Positions 30,104-42,436 of a stretch of DNA of 64,000 nt are shown here, in pieces. Position numbers and translations under genes: made by a program. How positions within the stretch are numbered: the stretch's first letter is position 1; every line of letters starts with the position of its first letter. Under the pieces are notes generated by a model. It searched no databases. It was not told the origin of the DNA and saw only the letters and a list, made by a program, of their open reading frames with translations. Origin of the DNA: Geosiphon pyriformis uo1 (taxonomy: Eukaryota > Fungi > Glomeromycota); assembly GCA_016748015.1 (NCBI GenBank), contig JAAOMT010000603.1:29008-93007 (forward strand), given 5' to 3'.

Positions 30104-32873
30104 ATAAACATCCAAAAGCCCATCCAAGTCAATAGATACTATAACAATCTTGTGATCAGTATTATTCATAGAATATAGGAATTATATATTAATACATAAT
30201 TGGCCAATCAGAATAAAATGTAATAAAAATGGAATTCTAGGATTCTTCTTAGAAAAATCACAGGATTTCAGAATTACAAAATTCCCATGTAAAAAATTAC
30301 AAAATTTCAGAATTCTAGAATTTCTTTTAAGGGATTACAGAATTCCAGGAATTTTAGGATTCTTGGCTAAAAAATTGTGAAATTCAAGAAATTTTGTACA
30401 ATAAAATTCATGTATATAGCAGCAGTATTAGAAGCAAAAAAGACAGAATTCTTAGTTTTAGAATCTTCAATGCCAACTTCCTACCCATTTCTTTATATAA
30501 TAGTATTCTATAACTTAAAGTAAACATATCCAATATCAATAAAATACTTGTTACTATTACAATTTATCTTTTTTTTTATCATTTTGTTTGTTGTATACTA
30601 ATTGATTAAGAATTAAGTCCTAAATTACTAATATCAAGAATTGCTTAGTGAAAGATCCTTGTAAAAAAGTAAACACTTGAATTTAAGAATTACTTACCAG
30701 AGAATTGCCAGCCACCAAGTCAAGAAAAAAATTGGCAGAATTGCAATTTTGAAAGGCTACTAAAAACCACTATTAAATCTCTGTCTATTATATAAAAGAC
30801 TCTATTAAAACTTTCAGATACAAAAACCTTCAGAAATTACCAACTTATATTAGCTATTAAACACCAAGTTACAGGTTTTTTATTTGTTTTTAGACTCCAA
30901 ATAATCATCTGTAATATTTGGTGCTCTCTGTGAAGTATAATCTAGCAGAGAACCAGCACCAATAGCAATCATCCAAAACAGTAACAGAATTAGAAGAAAC
31001 AAGAACAAACCACTTGAAATTTATGAAAACTTTATTTCGACACCATCAACCTTACCTAAAATTAACAAATAATCATTGGCCAGCAGAGTCAACCTTCAAT
31101 TTTTACATCAATAAAAGGATCAAATTCTATTTAAAAGATTAAAGAGATCTAAAAACAGCACTTACCAATTTTTATAATAAATCATTTCAAAACATCACTC
31201 TTTCACAAAATTATTTGTTCATTCAAATAATTACAGAAATTAATAGAAAAATTAAGAAACACACCAGACAGAAATTTTTTATTTTTTTTGCAGACAAAAA
31301 CAAAAAAAATTACAAACATTAGCAGAAACACCAAGAAACATACAACCACTTACTTAGAAAAAACCAAGGATAGTTTCACTCATTCACTCATTATATTATT
31401 ATACACCAGAGAGTACCATTAACATTACATCAGCAGACATGTCTATATTAACAGCAAAAGCATTAGCAGCAAAAATTACATTCCAAAGTTAACAAAAAAA
31501 AGCCAATTTATTGAGAACTTATGGTAATTACTTTGAAAAATTTAAATCATGATCACTTACATTATCAAGATTTTGATCTTCATTACCTCAACCTGATTTT
31601 GGAGTCACTGGTTCTTGGAAAATAACTGACTTGGAAAAAGAGAAAGATAGCAATTAGGAAGTTAATAATTAAAACCCAATCTCAGAAAACCCAGTGTTAC
31701 TAATAAAATTTTAGCTATTAATTAACATAAAATTATTTTTATAATTCCTATTATTAATTAGCATATATTATTATTATTTCAATTATTACTTATTATTTAA
31801 CCAAATTATCAAATATCATTATTTAATTAATAATCCAATTTGTATTATAGAAATTAAGATAATTAAATTACATAATACCTTAAACCATTTAATATAGTCA
31901 AAATTCGCCAAAATTAATAAAAATTGGCTGAAATAATTAATAATTTGTAAAAATAACTTGTAGTTTGCCGAAATATATCTTTAATTCACTGTTACGGAAT
32001 GGTTTTCTTGTTATATTTAATTGCTGATATCCCATTTTAATTGCAATCAGTCTTTCGTGAATTCCTCAATTCTATTTGTGTGATAATGTCACTATTATAC
32101 TGAAGGCTTTCTTTTTAATGTTGCGATGTAAGTTATTCTTCAATTCCTGATTGTTGTGTGTGTTCATGTACTCCTTCTCAAAGGCTGAACTGAAATCTAC
32201 CCACTGTCTGGGGTCTTCTCTGAGGCTATCCTTGCAATTGCCTGATGTGTTTCTCTAATCTAGAAACACAGAATGTTAATGGTCTTTAGTGCTTTTTCTA
32301 ATTCTTACAATAAAGCTTTTATTAATTAGTAACAACATGAATAATTTTGATCAAGGATTATTCTTCCAAGAGATTCAGTTGATAAATGATAGTTTCATTC
32401 AATAAATAATACAAGTAAGTTTCTTAATACTTTGGGTTGTGATAATTCAGTTTTAAATATTTTTTTTCATTTCTTTTTGATTTAAAGGTTTCTTGGGATA
32501 TTTAATTTGAAAGTATGATTTAAAGTGGAGTTTTTTGGATGAAATTGGATCTATTGCTTGATAAGTTATGATTTTTATTACTTTATTTTTCCTAATATTA
32601 AAACTACTGTATATATACATATTTGTAGTTCTACAAGAAAACACATTGTAATACTTTCTTTTTGATATTTCAACCTGGTGTTTGCTGCTATCACCAGTTG
32701 GTGTTGGCTGCTATTGTGAACTGGTGCTTGCCACTATTGCGAGATGGTGTTTGCTACTATGTTAATTATTACCTTTCTAAGATTATTACTGCGCTATATT
32801 ATGATTGAATAGTTTGTATTATTTTTATGATTCTTTTTGCTAAATTTTTAAACTGTAACATTATCCCCTCCTT

Positions 32874-34739
32874 TTAAAATTGAGCTCCATCGAAATCGAA
32901 GTTAATTTCTTCATTAAATTTTAAGTTACTATAGTGGTTCAATACTGTGTTATTAATTTGTTGTTGTAATTCTTGAAATTGCAAATTGGTAAGTCATCCA
33001 ATACTGTTGGTTGTTATTATGTTCATGGTTGGGTCCAACAATAATTTGTGACAGTTTTCAAATGCTTTGAAAATTCTGTAAACTGTTTTTGAATAGAATG
33101 TAGTGTTGGTTTTTCCAATGAAAGGTTCTAATAGTTGGATAGTTGTTTTGTCAAACACTTTAGTTGAGTTTTTTGAGTATAATGTTTGTATGTTCAAGTG
33201 CTTTTCTAGTTGATAATAACAGTAATTAATTGGAAATTTCGTTTTCAAGTTGCTAAATGTGTCTGGTGTTAATTCACTTATTTCTATTTCTTCCATTATT
33301 AATGTATTGCCCAATGCTATCTCTAATTTTTCAATAACTTTGCTAATAAATTTGTTGTTATATTTGGCAATATTATATGGTTCAAAATTATGTTCTTTTT
33401 TTGTTTTTGGATTTTCTATTGTTCTTTTTATGTATGTTATCTTGGAGCTATTANNNNNNNNNNNNNNNNNNNNGTTTTTGTTGTTATTACTGGTTTACTG
33501 TAATAGAATTTCAGCCGGTTACCATGTGCTGCTTTTCTTAATATTTTATTATCTAGTCTTAGCTTGTATACTCCATTTCCAAGTATTTTGTGAATATAAA
33601 ATGGTCCATCCCACTTGTGATCAAATTTTCCACTCCACTGTTTTTCCATTTTTGTATGATGCAACAATACTTTATCTCCAATTTTGTAGCTAATTATATT
33701 ATCTAGTAACTGGTTATCATGTCTTACTTTTTGTTGTTCTTGTGATTGTTCAATATTTTGTGCTGCTTTTCTTCTTTTGTTTTCTAAAGTTCCCATTAAT
33801 TCGTATGTTCTTTTAAGTAGTGTTTTCTGGAATGTTGCTTTTGTGATAGTGTCACTTGGATAAGTTGGGATAGTAAGTTCAACTGGTAATATAGCTTTTT
33901 TTCCATAAACTAGTTTAAACAGTGTGAATTGTGTAGTATCTTGTTTTACTGTTTTATATGCTAGTAGTACTGCTGGTATGAACAAATCCCATTCTTTTTC
34001 ATGTTTGTTACTAATTTTTGCCAGTGATTTGCATAATGTGCGATTAAATCTTTTAACTAATCCATTTGTTTGAGAGTAGTATGGTAATAACAGTGGTCGC
34101 TTGATTCCAAATTTTTAGCTAAGTTCTTTTAAGGTGCTGTTTATAAAGTGTGTGCCTTGATCTAATAGCAATTCTTGTAGACATTCATGTCAGCAAATTA
34201 AGTCTTCATGTACGAATTGAGCTACGGAAATAGCATCAGCTGTTTTAATAGCTCTAGCTTCTGGCCATTTGGTAAGATAGTCCATGGCTACTGCAATATA
34301 ACGGTTGTTTTTTGTTGTTATTGGTAAGGGTCTAACTAAATCAATTCCGATTCTGTCAAATGGCTGTCCAACTTTTATTGGTCTTAATAATTCCGTTGTT
34401 TTTGCTCCTCCTCTTCATTGGCATGAGTCACAATTTCTTATGTATTGGATTATGTCTGAACTCATTTTTGGCCAATAGTANNNNNNNNNNNNNNNNNNNN
34501 GTATTGCCCAATGCTATCTCTAATTTTTCAATAACTTTGCTAATAAATTTGTTGTTATATTTGGCAATATTATATGGTTCAAAATTATGTTCTTTTTTTG
34601 TTTTTGGATTTTCTATTGTTCTTTTTATGTATGTTATCTTGGAGCTATTAACTGTAATTTCCAGATCGGATTTTAATTGTTGTAAGCTTTCAACTAATTG
34701 TTGAGTTATATTGTTGATGTTTTCTGGAATAAGTATCAT
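32874..34739 (-). pseudogene. Element D extra 3' ORF (ORF3), unknown function; true span obscured by scaffold gaps and duplicated fragments
   Basis: MILIPENINNITQQLVESLQQL (34739 down) overlaps and continues as ...LGNTLIMEE...YCYYQLEKHL...KTVYRIFKAF...IG*LTNLQFQEL...DGAQF* ending at 32874, next to the PPT. Confidence 0.75.
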
Positions 34740-37429
34740 TGTTTTAATTTTGACTGCTATTTTGGAATTTTTTGCATGCGTTTTTATGGTTGTTAAATCA
34801 TTTTTACTGTGATCTAAGATTAATTATCTTTTCAAATAATGTTCAATTAAAACTATTGGTTCTAAATCTCGTGGAATTTGTTCTGATAGAATTAAAAGTA
34901 ATTGTGTTCTAATTCTGGGTGTTTTTGTTGTTATTACTGGTTTACTGTAATAGAATTTCAGCCGGTTACCATGTGCTGCTTTTCTTAATATTTNNNNNNN
35001 NNNNNNNNNNNNNTCATGTACAAATTGAGCTACGAAAATAGCATCAGCTGTTTTAATAGCTCTAGCTTTTGGCCATTTGGTGAGATAGTTCATGGCTACT
35101 GCAATATAACGGTTGTTTCTTGTTGTTATTGGTAAGGGTCTAACTAAATCAATTCCGATTCTGTCAAATGGCTGTCCAACTTTTATTGGTCTTAATAATT
35201 CCGTTGTTTTTGCTCCTCCTCTTCATTGGCATGAGTCACAATTTCTTATGTATTGGATTATGTCTGAACTCATTTTTGGCCAATAGTAATGGCTAGTTGC
35301 ACGTTAGATGGTTGCTGTTTTTCCAAAGTGGCCTGAATGAATATCTGAGTGCATGTTAAATAAGATAGTTTCTTTTTTATCCGTGGTTATAACTCTTAAT
35401 GGATTATCTGGATTTTGTCGATTCCAGTAATAAAGTATGTGATTTTGGATGAAATAGTGTTTTGCTAATTTTTGGAGCTTAATTAGCTCTTTTACTGGCA
35501 TTTCTTTGTTTATTTGTAGTGTTTCCAAGTATTGGCTGAGGTTTTTGTAAAGGTGGTTGTTCATTGTTGTTGTGACAGGTGGGTTGGTGATTTTTATGTG
35601 TGTCTCATTCTTGACAAACAGTCAGCATTAGCGTTTTTGGTATTTTCTTTGTATTTGATAATATAATCGTATGGTGCTAACGTTTGTGACCATCTGGTGT
35701 ATTTTTCTTTTAGCGCTTTCTTGTTATTTAACCAGACCAGACCTCTATGATCTGTTGTAATCTCAAAGGGTTGGTACCATAAATATGTGTCAAAGTGAAC
35801 ACAACTCCAGACTACTGCTAAGCATTCAAGTTCATGTGCTGTGTAGTTTTGTTCTGCCGTACTGAGACTTTTGCTGGCATAAGCAATTACACGTTCTCTT
35901 CTATTATCATCTTTTTGTGACAGAATGGCTCCAAGTCCAGTTCCAGAGGCATCTGTGGCCAAAATAAATTTCTTGTTGAAATTTGGATAGATCATTATTG
36001 GTGATTCAATAAGCTTTCATCTAAGGTACTCAAAAGCTTTTTGTTGTGCTTCAGTTCATTCAAACTTCACATTTTTGGATAGTAGGTAATTAAGAAGTTT
36101 GGCGATGTTTGAAAAGTTTTCTACAAAGTGGCAGTAGTAAGATGCGAGTCCTAAAAAACTTCTAACTTCTGAAATGTTTCAAGGTACTGAAAAATTTTTC
36201 ACTTTGTCTATTTTTGATGGATCTGGTTTTATTCCATTTTTTCCAACTACATGTCCTAAAAATGCTAGCTTATTTTTCCCAAAGAAACATTTTTCTAGAT
36301 TTAGTTTAAGTCTAGCGTGTCTCAATCTCTCAAAAACTTGTTGTAAATGTTGGAAATGATCCGTGAATTTTGACAAGAAAACATTTGTATTATCCAAGTA
36401 GACAACAACAGATTGCCACAGGATTCTGGAGTAAATTATGTCCATTAGTCTTTGGAATGTTGTGGAAGCATTTGTTAATCCAAATGGCATTACATTGAAC
36501 TCATAATTGCCATTTTGTGTTGTGAATGCTGTTTTATGCCTGTTCTTTGGGTTTATTTCCACTTGCCAGTACTCACTGGTCAAGTCCAATGTAGAAAACC
36601 ATTTTGCTCCTCCAAAAACGTCGAAGATTTCATCAATTAATGGTATTGGGTATGAGTCTTTGGTTGTTTTGCTGTTTAGTTTGTGATAGTCAATGCAAAA
36701 TCTAATTTTTCTGTTCTTTTTCTTTATTAAAACAACTGGTGAGGACCATGGGCTTATTGATGGTTGTATTATTCCTTTTTCCAACATGCTTTGGACTTCT
36801 TCTCTGATAAAATTATGCTCCATTGGTGGGACATGGTAAGCGCGTTGTTTTTCAGGTCTGGCATTTCTAGTGGAAATTTGGTGTTGAACCAAGTTGGTTC
36901 TTTCAAATTCGTCATTTCATGAAAATATATCAGAGTATTTTAAAATTAATGCTTTTAATTGTCACTGTTGGTCAGGATCCATTGTTCCAATGTTTAATTT
37001 GGCCAATTCTTCTGGCATAAATTGATAGTATTCTAACAGTTGTTGCCAATTTATTGAAGTGAGTTCACAGTAGAAGGCGATTTCTGGGAAATTTAGAATT
37101 TCTTGTGGTGTTGATGCGTTTTCTAGCTCCGTTCTGAGGTATCCAATGATGGTATCTTCTGAAATGTAGACGGGTTCTTCTGTAGTGTTTGTGATAGAAA
37201 TTTTTATCCATTGAGCTTTATCAGCTGGAATAAAAAGGTTAGTAAGTCCTATGAGAAACTGTTGGCAAGTGTCTGGGTAGGGCTCAAATATTAGGTCTTT
37301 TTCTTTAATTGTTCTTTTTATTCTTATTTCTGATTTTCCATATGGTAGGAGTGTGATAGACCGCTCATTTTTAATTACTTCGCCTTTTTCCTCTATTGTT
37401 TCAGCAAAATTCACTTCAATTCCTTTTCT

Positions 37430-37840
37430 TGTTGATCTGAAATCAAAAGTTCCTCTCGTTGTTTGTGACAATTCCTCACAATTTTCCACTGGCACAAATT
37501 TCCCAATTTTTACCAATGGTAGAAAAATTGCTTGTGCAATCTTTTCCTTAGATTCAATGGTATAAGACTTTTCTGAATTGTTCTGTAGCAAAACCATCAA
37601 ATTTCCAGTGTATTCAGAGTCAATTACTCCTCCTTGAACACTTATTCCTTTTTTCACAAGGCTTGATCATGATGCTATTTGAACTATTATTCCTGGCAGA
37701 ATTTTAACTGCTATTTTTAGGTCGATTTTGGTAATGCTTCTGGATGGTAACGTTGTGGATTGGTCTTCCGGATAACGTAGATCAAATCCAGTGTTGGTTG
37801 GATGGACTTTTTCGGGTATTATTCCTAAGTGCCTGTTGTC
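37430..37840 (-). pseudogene. Trimeric dUTPase domain inside pol of element D
   Basis: TGFDLRY (motif 1), QIAS*SSL (motif 2, RSS), GGVIDSEYTGNL (motif 3), KIAQAIF (motif 4), RGTFDFRST (decayed motif 5). Confidence 0.9.
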
Positions 37841-40800
37841 AAAGTATTGGATGTCGGTCACCTGTTCTAAGTTGGTATAGGCTGCAAATTTTTCTGACTT
37901 GGGACCGTCAGGTGAGTCTTGTTGATTTATTGATTGATTTTGAGACTGCTGATTCTTAATTTCCATTTTTCTTTCTAAGTCCCTTTTGTCTTGACACTCT
38001 TCACAGCACTGATTTTGGCATGGGATGAGACAGTTTTTGCAGAGGTAAGTGTTGATTTGGGCGAGGTATTGTTCTTGCTTTTATCAAGTGGGGCATAGTT
38101 GTTGGTAGTAGTCCTGGAATTTGTCCACTGGGTCAAACATGTTGTAGCTAGCGACTTTGTTGGCTACTTCGGCTAACTCTTTCCAATGTCATATTTTTTC
38201 AGCGGTTTCTCCTCTTACTTTGGCTTGTGCAGTGTTGTACAACTTGTTCTCGTCATGTGGGTAGTGCTGTAGTCTTTTTAATGCTCTGTTGAATGCTGCT
38301 TCAAACGGCATTTCTCCTCTTACCCAGTCACAGATGAGGATTGTGTATTGGCAAGTTGCGTCACACATTCCTTCTCTGCCTGGTATGTCATTCCAGTCAC
38401 ACCCTCTTGGTAACAGTTCTCCACAAACAAGGCATGGTTCCTCGTCCCATTTTCCATGTCTTTCTGGGTAACTGTATTTTTCTTTGTTACAACAGTTACA
38501 ATAGTAGTGGGTGGGGTTTTTTGGATCTTCATCTGGTGCACTGCATGCAGTCATAGACAAGAGTTTCTTCTTGCAAATCGAGCATTCTAGCTTTGGTCTG
38601 CGTCACTGGTGGTTTCTTTATGAACTTACCTGGTTCTATTCGGATCTTTTTTCACTGGTTCACATTGGTACAGCTGGTAGTCCTGTTCTTTGGTCATCAG
38701 CCCAAGAGAGCTAATAGGTTTTAATGACTGGTAGTGCTGAATTTTCCTCAAATTCGAAGGTAGGTTTTTGATTGGCGCTGGGTTTTTGGAAGTGGCCACA
38801 GGTGGCTGGAATTTTGGCCTAGTGGCCATTATAATTGATCAGAAGCTCTTGGGTGGTTCAGTTTAGGGTGGCGTTGGCTTTTGTTAGCCAGTCATTCCCT
38901 ACTAATGCTTGATATTGTGTAGCATCCATTACTAATACTTTTGTAGGTATTACTATGCCGTTAATTTCAAAAGGGAATGAGTCAATTTCCCCATGAGGCA
39001 GCTTTGTACTTCCATCAGCTGTTATGATTTGAGACATCGCGGCACGATCAACTTTAAAACCCAGTTGGTTTACTAGTTTAAGCATTACAATGCTTCCAGC
39101 GGATTTGCTGTCTAAGATAAGTTTGATTGGGGTATTGTTTACAGTGGCTTTCGTATACATAGCAGTGATTGGGCATTTTTTGTCCAATGCTGCTCCACTA
39201 AACATAGCCTTGTTTTCCTCTAATTCAAAAGAAAAAATAGCTGTGAGGCTGCTATCTTTGGTGGCAACTGCTGGTGGTATTGTCTGGCTCAATTTGTTGG
39301 AGAAATTTTTGGTTCTGTTTATGTTTCTACTGTTATTATTTCTGATAATCAGATTTTCTGGTATATTAAGGTAAATTTGTTGATAATTTTGGTAGTTTGG
39401 ATTGGTTTCGGCGCAGTTTGGATTCCTCTGGACCAATGCGTTCTGGTTCCATATGGGCTGATTTCGGGTCTCAGGATGGCAATTCGGGTTGGCTATCATG
39501 GGCTATTACTGATAAGCTCCTTGATTTTGATATGTGATGAGATATTGGCATAGTATTGGTGTGTACTGGTTTCTGGGCATTTGGGGTGGCACGTAGTAAT
39601 TATTTTTGCGTGCTTCCTGCATCATTCGCGTTTGACATTGACTAATCAAATGTCCTACGCATTTGCAAAAATGGCAGGTGCGCATTTCTGTTCTGAATTC
39701 CTGGCATGACGAGTGATTATTTCAACTGTCGCTGACTTTTTGGCTGTGTCTTTGGGGTGGTTGGTATGTATTTCCTCTCAGATCCGGGATGAGGTAACTT
39801 TCTATTTTCTTAGAGAGTTCCTTCCCTAATTGTGTTACTCTTTTCTCTAATGTTTCTGTCTTATTTTTCTCCATTACCATGTTAACTATTTGACTATGGT
39901 TAGCTTCTTTCTCAGCCGATTTAAGAGCTTTGGTAAGCGTAATGGCTTCTGGTAAGGAATTAGGATGAGTAGGGCGTACTCTTCCTAAAATGCTGTTTTT
40001 TAATCCTCTAATAAACTGATTTAAAATCTGAGAATCAGTATAATATCCTTGTTCAATCACTTCAATCTGATGGCGAATTCGATTGAATCAAGCAAGGTAT
40101 TGGGTGACAGTTTCACCAGTATTTTGCTTGATAGTATTGAATTCATTCTGTAGTTGGATTATGGCATTTGGGTCGCTAAAATACTCCAGGAGTGCATTTT
40201 TAAATTCGGCGAAGCTTATGGGTTTTGTTTCCAGGCTTTGATACCACAAGTCGGCTGTGCCTTTTAGGAAGAAAAATAATGTTTGAATTGCTCTTTGGTC
40301 ATTCCAGTTATTTGCCTAGATGGCTTTTTGTGCTTCTCTGAGCCATGTGTGCACATCCGTTTCTTCTTTCTCTCCTAAAAAATCTGTTAGTCTTGCAATG
40401 TATGGTGTGGTCATTTTGTTGCCATTTTCTGCTGGTGGGCTTATTGGTCTAAGAGGAGGTGGGATGATATTTCCTTGAACGTTCCTAAAAGTGGCTTCCC
40501 TTATATCCGATTCTTCCTCTTAATCACGAGTTTCTTGGTTTCTGGACTGGCTGCTTGTTCCAGTAACTGGTCTTGTGATTGTTTTTTTGCTGGTCTCTTT
40601 TTCGGATTCTGATTCAGACTCCTCTTCACAGTTTTTAAACCCTGTTCTAAATTTTGGCTGAAAAAGAGGGTTTTGGAATAGTGATGAATATCCTCCTGTA
40701 ATTGGTATGTTTCCCCAGTTACGTTGTTTAATTTTATTAGTATAACTAGGAGTTTTTGGCGTTTGTGGAGTTGATATTGATGATGATACAGCTTCTAATG

Positions 40801-42348
40801 GAATTTGTATCTTATTTTCTGGTGAAAAATAGTATGATTTATCTTCTGGTGAATAAATATGTTGTTTTTTTATTGATTGAGTGACAGTTTTCTTTGGTGT
40901 TTGAGCTGGTGTTCTTAGTTTTTGCTGGTTACTTTCCTGATTAGTTTCTAAATTTTCTTTGGTTTTATTGGTGCATTCCCTAGTGTTTTCTGTGGATATT
41001 GGAAAATTTTCATTGGCGTATTGCTCAATTTCTCAATGGATTTTGACAATAGTTGCGGCTATTACTGCTACTTCTTTTGTAGTGTATTGTGATAATTCTC
41101 TATACAATCCAAGTTTTGCATTGTGTGGTTCTTCTTCCTTTCCTATATGATAATTTATTCTGGTGTTGATATAATAAGTGAGGGCAGATTCTGCTGGACA
41201 ACACCCTTCTGGTAATTCAAGATCACTTTGATTTTGTGTGTAAATAGCACGGCAGAATTTAAGAACAGTAAGATTAGGGGTTTTTGTTACCATTTTTGTC
41301 TTTTCTTTTTTAGCAATGAATTATTGCTAATTATTATTTCCTTTTTGATTTTCTTTCCTCGTAGGGTTCACCAAATGTTACGGGATGGTTTTCTTGTTAT
41401 ATTTAATTGCTGATATCCCGTTTTAATTGCAATCAGTCTTTCATGAGTTCCTCAATTCTATTTGTGTGATAATGTCACTGTTATACTGAAGACTTTTTTT
41501 TTAATGTTGTGATGTAAGTTATTCTTCAATTCCTGATTGTTGTGTGTGTTCATGTACTCCTTCTCAGAGGCTGAACTGAAATCTACCCACTGTTTGGGGT
41601 CTTCTCTGAGGCTATCCTTGCAATTGCCTGATGTGTTTCTCTAATCTAGAAACACAGAATGTTAATAGTCTTTAGTGCTTTTTCTAATTTTTACAATAAA
41701 GCTTTTATCAATTAGTAACAATGTGAATAATCTTGATCAAGGATTATTCTTTCAAAAGATTCAGTTGATGAATGATAGTTTCATTCAATAAATAATACAA
41801 GTAAGTTTCTTAATACTTTGGGTTGTGATAATTCAGTTTTAAATATTCTTTTTCATTTCTTTTTGATTTAAAGGTTTTTTGGGATATTTAATTTGAAAGT
41901 ATGATTTAAAGTGGAGTTTGTTGGATGAAATTGGATCTATTGCTTGATAAGTTATGATTTTTATTACTTTATTTTTCCTAATATTAAAACTACTGTATAT
42001 ATACATGTTTGTAGTTCTATGAGAAAACACATTGTAATACTTTCTTTTTGATATTTCAACCTGGTGTTTGCTGCTATTACCAGTTGGTGTTGGCTGCTAT
42101 TGTGAACTGGTGCTTGCCACTATTGCGAGATGGTGTTTGCTACTATGTTAATCATTACCTTTCTAAGATTATTACTGCATTATATTATGATTGAATAGTT
42201 TGTATTATTTTTATGATTCTTTTTGCTAAATTCTTAAACTGTAATATTACCAAAATTAGAGCAAAAAAAAAAGTGCAAATTCAAAGACTAGTACTATAAC
42301 AAATTGTATAAAAAAAAAGCTTTTTTTTTTCAAGAAAATGTATCTTTC

Positions 42349-42436
42349 CATAGTATTTCCCATAGTATCTTTTCATAATATCTTCTTATAGTATCTTTAT
42401 ATAGTATCTTTCTATAATATTTTATTATAGTATCTT
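42349..42436 (+). repeat. ~13-bp tandem repeat (CATAGTATCTTYY, about 7 units) inside the family A LTR
   Basis: Read directly; the other family A copies have about 2 units at this position. Confidence 0.8.

Larger units (their letters stand above)
24052..30159 (-). mobile_element. Decayed non-LTR (LINE) retrotransposon ORF2: endonuclease end, RT, RNase H, Cys motif, 3' UTR with A tail; interrupted by two solo LTRs and by element E
   Basis: TDHK at ~30155; YPIVLIETARKILFKIL and FFVAGTFVDDTIW (RT); VYTDSLL and STMAELQAV (RNase H); SVLYLLCSKMELSNYVFTC (decayed zinc knuckle); AATAAA followed by an A9 run at 24052-24076 on the minus strand. Many stop codons. Confidence 0.8.
31990..42246 (-). mobile_element. 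Full-length Ty3/Gypsy element D (LTRs 31990-32860 and 41376-42246, 871 bp each) with dUTPase and extra 3' ORF; pseudogenised; contains N gaps
   Basis: Paired LTRs; PBS TGGTGAACCCTACG; PPT AAAAGGAGGGGATAA; TSD TCAC/TTAC; CCHC CHFCKCVGHLISQC; protease LILDSKS; RT SPWSSPVVL, MPFGL, VYLDNT; RNase H LATDAS, ELECLAVVW; integrase HSDIHSGHFG and KWDGPF. Confidence 0.95.

Noticed and set aside
30200-30400. Short GGAATTC/GGATTTC-type repeats suggesting a CRISPR-like array
   Set aside because: Degenerate sub-repeats inside the LTR of element E in a eukaryotic context; no regular repeat-spacer structure.
32453-32644. 63-aa ORF repeated at 41839-42030
   Set aside because: Repeated only because it lies in the two LTRs of D; short, AT-rich, no independent coding evidence.
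33300-35300. Apparent tandem duplication and shuffling of integrase and ORF3 segments in element D
   Set aside because: Each junction coincides with a ~20-N scaffold gap (33454, 34481, 34994), so it is most likely misassembly of similar copies. The few differences between duplicates suggest paralogous reads. Long reads are needed.
41358-41373. Assigning specific primer tRNAs to the PBS sequences (TGGTGAACCCTACG in D; TGGTGCTC in B and E)
   Set aside because: D looks Trp-like and B/E fit several tRNAs ending in GAGCA-CCA; this cannot be decided without the host tRNA set.
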